A stretch of DNA of 39,805 nt from a virus: IMG/VR virus record IMGVR_UViG_3300039449_000008. One strand, 5' to 3'. The position numbers and the translations under genes are program-made. This document shows, in pieces, positions 8,186-15,357 of the stretch (positions are counted from its first letter, which is position 1; each line of letters opens with the position of its first letter). The notes beneath the pieces are model-generated. The model was given only the letters and a program-made list of their open reading frames with translations, was not told the DNA's origin and searched no databases.

Positions 8186-8213
8186 AATATAAGCTTATTT
8201 TGATTTATTGCAA
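8186..8213 (-). promoter_or_regulatory. Sigma70-type promoter P2: TTGCAA-16 nt-TATATT.
   Basis: The minus strand reads aaataatttaatttaatggTTGCAAtaaatcaaaataagctTATATT. It is near-identical to the promoter at 10304-10331. Confidence 0.6.
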
Positions 8214-8226
8214 CCATTAAATTAAA

Positions 8227-8403
8227 TTATTTAACAAAACAATCTGTGCATAAAAACTTTCGTTCAGAAATACTACGCGGATCATCTGTAGATGGGCCGC
8301 AATTCATATTGCAAACTTTAGATCTAGGATCAAATTTATCTAAATCATTTTTATCGGCCCGTGGGAAATCAGATTTTTTATCAATATTTTTAACTAATGA
8401 CAT
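8227..8403 (-). CDS. Unannotated 58-aa zinc-ribbon-like protein, below the 60-aa ORF-track cutoff.
   Basis: My own translation: MSLVKNIDKKSDFPRADKNDLDKFDPRSKVCNMNCGPSTDDPRSISERKFLCTDCFVK, with CxxxC...CxxC. The ATG overlaps the upstream gene end by 14 nt. Confidence 0.45.
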   Translation of the reverse strand: MSLVKNIDKKSDFPRADKNDLDKFDPRSKVCNMNCGPSTDDPRSISERKFLCTDCFVK

Positions 8404-8746
8404 CACGAAAACCCTCTAAAACGTCAGGCAGGTCAGACACGCTGGCAATTAAATGCTCGATTAACTGCGCTTGAGAAACGCCGCTAGTGTCTGCCAACTC
8501 CTTTAAGCGATCCTTTGCCGCATCCACTATTTTTACGTTTAGTGGCACCAGTGTTAACGCGTTTTCTGATTTTGGACGACCCTGACCAGGTCGACGACCA
8601 CCCGAACCCGGCTTGCGGATATTGATCACACCCGTCAGCGCATGGCCACACGGCGGAACGCCTTCAGGGCATGACGTAGGTCGCTTGGCGCTTTGAATCG
8701 TCACAGAGCCGTGTACCGGGCAATTAGCTGTATATTTTGATGTCAT
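8390..8746 (-). CDS. DNA-binding protein with an N-terminal Cys/His cluster and a C-terminal ribbon-helix-helix.
   Basis: CPVHG...CPEGVPPCGH, then a basic linker RKPGSGGRRPGQGRPK, then LVPLNVKIVDAAKDRLKELADTSGVSQAQLIEHLI (beta-alpha-alpha). Confidence 0.55.
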   Translation of the reverse strand: MTSKYTANCPVHGSVTIQSAKRPTSCPEGVPPCGHALTGVINIRKPGSGGRRPGQGRPKSENALTLVPLNVKIVDAAKDRLKELADTSGVSQAQLIEHLIASVSDLPDVLEGFRDVIS

Positions 8747-8821
8747 GTATCACCTATTTAATTTTTCAAATATAACACCCAAAAGCGTGGGACCTTCGGC
8801 CCACGTTTAAGAATGTTATTG

Positions 8822-9046
8822 CTACTCTTCAAACAGCAGGCAATAGCCAAAGCCGTCAACCCCATCAATCGTAAGGATTTCAGTGACTTCGGAGGAGTCT
8901 GGTTCAAATACTATTTTCACAGAACCACCTTTCACTTTACCCACAACGTATTCAAATCCATCGCAATCCGCTTCCTCCATTGATTTAAATCCGTCTTTTA
9001 CTACTTCAATAAATTCAGGTTTTGGAACTTGTTTTAAACCGATCAT
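8822..9046 (-). CDS. Hypothetical acidic 74-aa protein.
   Basis: The ATG at 9046 is preceded by GGAGG. The track start at 9082 is a TTG with no SD. About 16 D/E against 7 K/R by eye. Confidence 0.5.
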   Translation of the reverse strand: MIGLKQVPKPEFIEVVKDGFKSMEEADCDGFEYVVGKVKGGSVKIVFEPDSSEVTEILTIDGVDGFGYCLLFEE

Positions 9047-9120
9047 AATCTTTGCCCTCCCGAGCAATAACAAATAATTCAAAGCGGACAGCGCTTAGGC
9101 GCTGCCCTTTAACCGTGGGG

Positions 9121-9366
9121 TTATGTGTTTCGAACACCGGTATAAACTAGATTGTGAGCAGCATCACCCCAACAAAAATGCCAAGAGTCATCTGAAAATT
9201 TAGGCTTCTCACCAATACTTAAATCGAACTCAAGAACATTCCATCTGTGGTAATCGTCCTTATCAAGTGTTGCGTACTCATCGGCCTTCTTTTTAGCTTC
9301 ATCAAGGTCGCTACCAATCCAAAAAACGCCATGTCCATAAACGCCGATTTTTTCAATAAAATACAT
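9121..9366 (-). CDS. Hypothetical 81-aa protein.
   Basis: ORF in the co-oriented early-left operon. No motif recognised. Confidence 0.5.
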   Translation of the reverse strand: MYFIEKIGVYGHGVFWIGSDLDEAKKKADEYATLDKDDYHRWNVLEFDLSIGEKPKFSDDSWHFCWGDAAHNLVYTGVRNT

Positions 9367-9451
9367 AATTCACCTTTTAAATTCTGTTTTATTCAAATCA
9401 CATAACAGGGTAGGCAATCTGCCCTCGCAGGCTCGGCAGTAGCTGCGGTGG

Positions 9452-9691
9452 TTATTGACCTTCATCGTCTTCCAATTCATCCAGAGCATTCATTACGTCA
9501 GTTTGAGTCATTAGCTCCTGAATTAAACATGCAGCAGACCAGCATTGGCGCTCATGAGGATGGCGATTTATTGTTTCCGTGTGAAACTCCGTCCCTTCTG
9601 GCGTTGAATAGCCTCGGCTTTCATAGATAATACGAGCGATTTCGTTAGTCTGATCAACTATCTGTTTTGCTGTTATCATAATATCACCCAC
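9452..9691 (-). CDS. Hypothetical 75-79-aa protein with an acidic C-terminus.
   Basis: ORF whose GTG start abuts the upstream stop. Alternative ATG at 9679. Confidence 0.5.
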   Translation of the reverse strand: MGDIMITAKQIVDQTNEIARIIYESRGYSTPEGTEFHTETINRHPHERQCWSAACLIQELMTQTDVMNALDELEDDEGQ

Positions 9692-9951
9692 TAAGATAAA
9701 CCGAATTCACTGGCAAAGTTTTTGAACTCTTGAATTGTGTCAGTGCTGATTAAGCGTTCGATTTCTGATTTAGATAGCGTTTTCACCGGGAAATTTTTGT
9801 ATCTTTCCAGAGTGTGGGCACTTTCAACATAAACAGAAAAAGAACCATCGCTCATTTCATCATAAGCAAAACGAACTTGTTTAACATTTCCGCCAATCGT
9901 CGCGCGGAATCCAACTGTAGAATTACATTTAACTCGTTTTAAATTTTGCAT
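9691..9951 (-). CDS. Hypothetical 86-aa protein.
   Basis: ORF in the co-oriented operon, with stop/start abutment to the next gene. Confidence 0.5.
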   Translation of the reverse strand: MQNLKRVKCNSTVGFRATIGGNVKQVRFAYDEMSDGSFSVYVESAHTLERYKNFPVKTLSKSEIERLISTDTIQEFKNFASEFGLS

Positions 9952-10002
9952 AGTTAGACACCCTGTTAAAGCAGCCCCGCCAACCGACAGGGCTTTTATG
10001 TA

Positions 10003-10248
10003 TTAGTAAACTACTTTGTCGTTTTCAACAGCGCGGAAAGTCCAAACATCACCAACCTTGCTGACTGGCTGCGCATACTGCGCTTTTTCAAGATTCTTTT
10101 TAGATCTTGAAATTTTGTAACTTTTTACATTTACAGGTTCACCATTAACAGTAAATGAACCGGCGATATCTAAAGAGTTTCCTTTCTCGGGCGCGTCAAA
10201 TACTTCGCCGATAACTTTATCGTTAATGTCTAATAATGCTGCTTTCAT
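10003..10248 (-). CDS. Hypothetical 81-aa protein, first gene behind promoter P1.
   Basis: ORF with a GGAAGGA SD, 50 nt downstream of the predicted promoter. Confidence 0.55.
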   Translation of the reverse strand: MKAALLDINDKVIGEVFDAPEKGNSLDIAGSFTVNGEPVNVKSYKISRSKKNLEKAQYAQPVSKVGDVWTFRAVENDKVVY

Positions 10249-10303
10249 AGTGAGTCCTTCCCTTTTGATTTAACCAAGACCCCACGCCTTGGTTATGTTT
10301 CTA

Positions 10304-10331
10304 ACTATACACCCTTTTTAATTACTTGCAA
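10304..10331 (-). promoter_or_regulatory. Sigma70-type promoter P1: TTGCAA-16 nt-TATAGT.
   Basis: The minus strand reads aaaataatttgttttaatggTTGCAAgtaattaaaaagggtgTATAGT. An 8-bp 5' stem-loop (10271-10295) follows. Confidence 0.6.
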
Positions 10332-10357
10332 CCATTAAAACAAATTATTTTAGTTAT

Positions 10358-10500
10358 TTACCAAGATAACTTTTTAGCGCGCTCTAATATTCGTGCTTGG
10401 GCTTCGGCCATTGCAGCCTCTAAAGCCGCTTGGCGTCTGACTTCGTTCCATTCCATCCACTCTGGCGAACCTGGTACCGGAAATTTAATCACGTCAGCCA
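10358..10500 (-). CDS. Hypothetical 47-aa protein, translationally coupled to repA.
   Basis: The ATG immediately follows the repA TAA (gcgTAAATGgct). The longer track ORF (to 10564) would overlap repA. Confidence 0.4.
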
Positions 10501-13500
10501 TTACGCCAGCCCCAATGTCATTAAGTTGGCCGGAATGATCTTGCCAAATCGCTGATCTTTGCATTCGGGATCGAACCAGCCACGCGCTAAGCGCATCAAG
10601 TTCGGAATAGTCAGCGCCCCAAGTCGGTCGAGTCTGTCCAACGGTCGTTCAGCGGGTATAAACTGGTCACCTGTCGGCTTTTTTAACCATTCGATTACTG
10701 ATAATAAAATATCTTTTTGAGGGGGGGAGATTTTACTATTGGTTCTTATATTGTGTTCAATAATTTCTCCCCCCTCGCTGTAACCCGCATGGTTACTGGT
10801 TTCGATGCGTGATATTGGTAGTATTGAGCTGCTATCTGGCTGGCTATTTGGTAGGTCTTGCGTGGCTAAAAACTCGCTAACGGCGACGCTGTCGTCGTGT
10901 AAATCGGCGGTGGTGTCTTGCTGTAGTGCGTTTTCACCAATCGCGGCGCGCGCTGCGCAATAATCGTTTAATTCAGCGAATTTTTCAGGGTGAAGGCGGT
11001 AGAATTGAACGCCGTTTAATTTTTTCGCGTTAATGATAGGTACAAATCGTTCTAACAGGCCTTTGACGAATCGTGTGGCGCATGTTGGTACCGCATTAAC
11101 TTGCGGTCCAATGCGTAGCGCGTTGTATTCGTCGATGGCGGCTTGCGAGCTTGTGAGCATTGCGACAACGTCGCGCGCTTGCATAACGCTGTACTCACCC
11201 TCTCCTGTTAACGTATCCAGCCCCAGTGTCTCGAAAACCCGGTTTAGGATCTGCCAGCGCGCCATAATTAACCGGCGCTGTGTTAATACGACGCCCTTTT
11301 CGTTTTCCCAGTTTTCGACCTTGCTGACTTGCTCAGCAGTGCCGCGCAGCGTTTCAAGTCGTCTAATTTTTGTTAGTCCGCGACTGTCTAAAAATTCGAT
11401 AGTGTCGTCAGTGACATCGACGCCTAAATGTTTTTCGATTTCATAGCGCGCAAGCTGCGCAATTTGAACTGGCGTTAATAGCTCCTCTTTTTTGAGTTGC
11501 TTGTATTCGTCTTCAGTGGGGGTTGTCGCTGCGTGGATACGATCATGACGCGCGTTTTTAACGATGTCGCGGTCGTTGTTCATTTGCTCCGCGCCCATTT
11601 CTGCGGTGAGGTCGTCAGTCGCGACGGCGTTAATTTTCCAGCCGTCTGCGGCCATTAGCATTAAAGTGTGACTTATGTATTCGCTACGAGAGCGCGCTTG
11701 TGCTGTTACCACGTCAAGATACATATCATCAAAATTCGTGGTACGAATTGTCACGCCGTCGTCAGTGGCCTGCCAGTTTAATGTCTGACGGCTTGATTCA
11801 TACGCCGCTAATAAACCGCGTAACAGAGCATCACGATCGGTCTGGTGTGTGTCGTGGCTTGGTTGCATACCTAACAAAAAAGATTTAGCGCCCCGGTCGC
11901 GTCGTATCATTTGCATGATGTCGGAGGGCACAACAACGCCGTGGAAAAGCGCAAAATGGCAGTCAAACGATGCCGCCGCCGCGCGTATACTCACACCCGA
12001 TGAAATCACCGGGCTATAAATCAACACGTCGACATCAGCCGCAATGCGGTTAGGATCGTCAGAAAATTCGATGGAGGCTTTATCGCCTTTGGTTTCAGCC
12101 GTGATGCACAAAACGCGCGCTGCTGGCCAAGCGGCTTGCACACCTTCGGCAACCATGTGCGCTTTTTTGATTGAGTCAGTAGCTACTAAAATACGGTCAG
12201 TTTTCTTTTTTGCTGTATCGACAATTTGTTGATAAACAAACGCGACGTTATCACAGTAATTAACCGTCAAATCTGGGGCCGGTGAGTCAATTTCGATAAC
12301 GTGTATTGGCTCACCTGGTCGCGCCTGATTTAAAAACGTGATTAAAGAATCGTTGGCGTCCGCGTCAGCCAGTAACACTTTTTCAGCCGCCCGCGCCGCT
12401 GCCACCAGTTTGTTATAGGCTTTTACGGGGGCATGGATAGCGTCTTGCCCTGCCATAACGTGCCGTAACACTTGCGTTGCTTCGTCTACACATAGCAACT
12501 CGGCTTGTTTCCAGTACCAGTCAAATTCCTGCCTAACCACGGAGTTTACGCACGTCACCATGCGCGTATTCCATGACACGTTCACGGCGTCTAACTCACG
12601 ATAATGCTTTAGGTCCAGCTCGTTGGACATTTGATTAGCCAACGAAACCCGGTGAACAATCATACCCGCGCCGCCGTGCGCTTCGCGCATAAGTGGGCCC
12701 ATTACGCGTTCTGTTTTGCCGGTACCGTGTTTGGCTTTTAAAATGATCGATCCTTTTAAGCTGCGGACTAGGTCTAGCACAGTACCCGGAATAACGGCGT
12801 AACCTTCATCTGTGATTTCTGCATTAACTTTAATGTGTTGCACGTTATCACCCGCTAGGGCTTCATCACTAAAATTCTTAGTCGCGGCGGCCATCGCAAA
12901 ACGCTGCTTCACGCACCAGCTCAAAAAGCCCTTGATCGTCGCTAACTGTTTCGCGTTGGCGCTGGCTTGTTTTGGTATTGATTTCAATATCTCACGCGCC
13001 ACGGCTTGGCGGTTGTATTCGTGCGGTACCAAAGCGGCCCCAGCCGAAGCCGCGCGCTTGGCGGCTTTCATAAAGCCGTTTTCGCCGGTCAGTTTTAATA
13101 GCTGCAACTTGTTTAAAAACATGTTTTTTTCAGGCGCAAGGCGCAAGTCACGCGCGGTTAGCTGCTTAGCAACGACGCGCAAACCGCCCAACATTTCAAG
13201 ATCGTTATAATCGGTTGGGTGGTCGTTAATGCTGAATTGATCGAAGCTCGGAGCAGAGGCTTTAACTTTTTTGGCGGTTAATAAGCCTGCCAGTTCAAGC
13301 GCTGCAATAACGCCCGCATTGCCCTTACCTTCCAGAAATTTAAAATGGTCGTTATCCGCGCGAATGACGTGCTTTTTACTGTCGTATAAATACGCGTAAT
13401 GTTTAACGCCACGGGTAAGCCCGTTTTTATCAAAACACACCACCACGGCGATATTGTTGCGGCCCGCTAATACGTGGGCTTTATACACACTCGACCCAGT

Positions 13501-14343
13501 CGCGAAACCTTCAACATAATCAAGCTGGTCAGCGCTGTGAATGTCACCGATAACGATATGCGCTTGCGACATATCAGAGCCGCGCGCGTGGGCTTTACTG
13601 CCGTCCGGGTAGATACGTTGCTGGCCACAATACGCACCCGAAAAATTAATCATCGGAATAGCTAACCAACCGCGCCAGCGTTTACGAAACTTGGTTTCGC
13701 CGCCTTTATAAAATTCTTTACCGGCAACCAAACGCGGCCCCATGTCGCCACACGCCGCGATCACATCCGGCGTAATGCCCTTTTTATTAGCGTAGGAGTA
13801 TTTTGCAACCTGGGCGGCGTTAGTAATGCCGTGTTCGTATCGAATTTGGTAGATTTTGCGTCGTTGCGAGGTGTGCTTTTTTAACCTGCGTTCTTCACGC
13901 GCATTTTTTTCGGCTTGAAGTTCACGTACTTTCTCTTTGCGTAAACGAGCCACACGTATTTTGTCGCGCTCGACATCGTTTAACAGCCGCCCGCCTTCGC
14001 GCTCGAATAATTCCGTAAGGGCTTCATAGCCGTGCCAAAACACAGTAGAACCGCCGTTGGCGTGGGTCGTAAATTGGATGATTGGGTAACGTATGCCGTT
14101 ACGAGCTTCACGCCAGTTTAATTCCATTAAGTGGCGTTGCTTGCGATCCGTTACCGCGATGTCTTTGTTTTTAAGCAAACGACCTGGGGATAATTTAGCC
14201 GTGTTCGACTTATACCAGTCGATATCAACTTCAGCCGCCGTGGCGTTAATGTCGCTTGAAAACTCGTTTAACCAGTCTTCGTGGTGTTCGTTGTCACCGA
14301 AACGATCTTGCCAAAACGTCTTGAGTCCAGTGTTTGTATTCAT
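10501..14343 (-). CDS. repA: Replication protein RepA, a primase-helicase fusion as in N15 RepA / P4 alpha.
   Basis: 1280 aa. Toprim-like VVVCFDKNG and IRADNDHF in the N-terminal third. Walker A KAKHGTGKTE and Walker B LLCVDEATQ in the middle. Confidence 0.9.
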   Translation of the reverse strand: MNTNTGLKTFWQDRFGDNEHHEDWLNEFSSDINATAAEVDIDWYKSNTAKLSPGRLLKNKDIAVTDRKQRHLMELNWREARNGIRYPIIQFTTHANGGSTVFWHGYEALTELFEREGGRLLNDVERDKIRVARLRKEKVRELQAEKNAREERRLKKHTSQRRKIYQIRYEHGITNAAQVAKYSYANKKGITPDVIAACGDMGPRLVAGKEFYKGGETKFRKRWRGWLAIPMINFSGAYCGQQRIYPDGSKAHARGSDMSQAHIVIGDIHSADQLDYVEGFATGSSVYKAHVLAGRNNIAVVVCFDKNGLTRGVKHYAYLYDSKKHVIRADNDHFKFLEGKGNAGVIAALELAGLLTAKKVKASAPSFDQFSINDHPTDYNDLEMLGGLRVVAKQLTARDLRLAPEKNMFLNKLQLLKLTGENGFMKAAKRAASAGAALVPHEYNRQAVAREILKSIPKQASANAKQLATIKGFLSWCVKQRFAMAAATKNFSDEALAGDNVQHIKVNAEITDEGYAVIPGTVLDLVRSLKGSIILKAKHGTGKTERVMGPLMREAHGGAGMIVHRVSLANQMSNELDLKHYRELDAVNVSWNTRMVTCVNSVVRQEFDWYWKQAELLCVDEATQVLRHVMAGQDAIHAPVKAYNKLVAAARAAEKVLLADADANDSLITFLNQARPGEPIHVIEIDSPAPDLTVNYCDNVAFVYQQIVDTAKKKTDRILVATDSIKKAHMVAEGVQAAWPAARVLCITAETKGDKASIEFSDDPNRIAADVDVLIYSPVISSGVSIRAAAASFDCHFALFHGVVVPSDIMQMIRRDRGAKSFLLGMQPSHDTHQTDRDALLRGLLAAYESSRQTLNWQATDDGVTIRTTNFDDMYLDVVTAQARSRSEYISHTLMLMAADGWKINAVATDDLTAEMGAEQMNNDRDIVKNARHDRIHAATTPTEDEYKQLKKEELLTPVQIAQLARYEIEKHLGVDVTDDTIEFLDSRGLTKIRRLETLRGTAEQVSKVENWENEKGVVLTQRRLIMARWQILNRVFETLGLDTLTGEGEYSVMQARDVVAMLTSSQAAIDEYNALRIGPQVNAVPTCATRFVKGLLERFVPIINAKKLNGVQFYRLHPEKFAELNDYCAARAAIGENALQQDTTADLHDDSVAVSEFLATQDLPNSQPDSSSILPISRIETSNHAGYSEGGEIIEHNIRTNSKISPPQKDILLSVIEWLKKPTGDQFIPAERPLDRLDRLGALTIPNLMRLARGWFDPECKDQRFGKIIPANLMTLGLA
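10722..10774. repeat. Inverted repeat GGGGGGAGA / TCTCCCCCC clamping a 35-bp AT-rich spacer inside the repA 3' region, candidate internal ori.
   Basis: Read directly: 9-bp arms at 10722-10730 and 10766-10774, with spacer ttttactattggttcttatattgtgttcaataatt. Confidence 0.3.
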
Positions 14344-14355
14344 GCTGTATCCGCG

Positions 14356-14400
14356 TTATACGTAAAACCGGAAAACCGGAAAACCGGAAAACCGTATAAT
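14356..14400. promoter_or_regulatory. Iteron array R, 13 bp upstream of the repA start, overlapping a perfect TATAAT on the + strand.
   Basis: ttatacgtaaaaccggaaaaccggaaaaccggaaaaccgtataat. Read on the minus strand it gives three TTTTCCGG units followed by TTTTACGTATAAC. Confidence 0.75.
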
Positions 14401-14406
14401 ACTTGA

Positions 14407-14505
14407 ATTAATAACAGGGATGGTTACACTGGTGTTCTTAGTGTAGGCCTCTGTCCAGTGTGCCCACCCCGAAAAACTCGCAGCGCCAACTGCGGGTTTT
14501 TTTTT
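14407..14505 (+). ncRNA. Candidate ~100-nt small RNA between repA and the cI-like gene.
   Basis: Perfect -10 TATAAT at 14395-14400. Internal 7-bp hairpin acactgg/ccagtgt (14426-14461). Strong terminator at 14477-14505. No ORF longer than 8 codons. Confidence 0.3.
14477..14505 (+). terminator. Rho-independent terminator; its complement could also act on the minus strand after cI.
   Basis: Stem ctcgcag/ctgcggg (7 bp, one G-U), loop cgccaa, then T9. Confidence 0.7.
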
Positions 14506-14625
14506 GCCAGCGCGAAACGTATCACATCCGGCACTGGTGAGCTATTCAGCTAGATAAAAGCCAAAAAAAAACGGTAAAAATGCGAAAACCGCCCTGATTG
14601 CTCAAAGCAGTGTACAACAAGATTC

Positions 14626-14634
14626 AACTATAGT
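14626..14634. promoter_or_regulatory. Copy of the AACTATAG(T) operator-like motif between cI and repA.
   Basis: caACTATAGTg read directly. The same motif occurs at 15335-15342 and 15358-15367. Confidence 0.3.
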
Positions 14635-14643
14635 GTTTAAAAT

Positions 14644-15297
14644 TTATAAGCTATCGTCAGAAAGCCAGATAAATCCTGTAACTAAACCAAGAATCTGATC
14701 TTTACTATTGAGAGCTTCGGGTGGGTACATTCGATTTAGATAAGTAATCCAGTGGTGACGGCCATCAAATTCATAACGTCCTAAAATCATGATTCCATCA
14801 ACATTAAACAAACAATCGTCACCGGGTTTTGCATCTTTAACGGGGCTAATAATAGCCACGCCGTTTCTGTAGTAGCTATAACCGCCCCGATCACTCTCCA
14901 TTGTTATCATATCAATATGATAGCCATACGACCCAGCAGCACACCGCGCCGGTATGGTTACTGATTTGCCGGTTTTCTGGTTGTTCATATCGACAACATC
15001 AACAGATCTATTTTGAGGTGCAGCAATATAATCTTTGCCACTTTCCCTTACGCCAGTCTGAAGTTCAGCCAGATCCCCGGATTTCGCTTCTTTTATTACG
15101 TCAGAGGCTTCAACAGATAAGACGTCGCATATTTCTTCAAAAATCGCCCACGAAAAATTAACCGGAACTCTTTCGAGTTTCGATAAATAAGCGGCTGAAA
15201 GCCTGTAATCAGTGGCCGCGCATAGGTCTTCTTGAGTCATTCGCAAAGACAGCCGCAAACGCCTAATGACCTTTCCTACAAATGGAGTGTTTTTCAT
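14644..15297 (-). CDS. cI/LexA-like repressor with an XRE HTH and an S24-like C-terminal domain.
   Basis: N-terminal IRRLRLSLRMTQEDLCAATDYRLSAAYLSKLER. Linker RCAAGSYG (compare LexA RVAAGEP). C-terminal PGDDCLFNVDGIMILGRYEF...ILGLVTGFIW, matching the lambda CI / LexA fold pattern. Confidence 0.8.
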   Translation of the reverse strand: MKNTPFVGKVIRRLRLSLRMTQEDLCAATDYRLSAAYLSKLERVPVNFSWAIFEEICDVLSVEASDVIKEAKSGDLAELQTGVRESGKDYIAAPQNRSVDVVDMNNQKTGKSVTIPARCAAGSYGYHIDMITMESDRGGYSYYRNGVAIISPVKDAKPGDDCLFNVDGIMILGRYEFDGRHHWITYLNRMYPPEALNSKDQILGLVTGFIWLSDDSL

Positions 15298-15357
15298 ATA
15301 GATGATCTTACAGGCTCAAAATGCAATATTTATTAACTATGGCTTTACAAGAAACTA

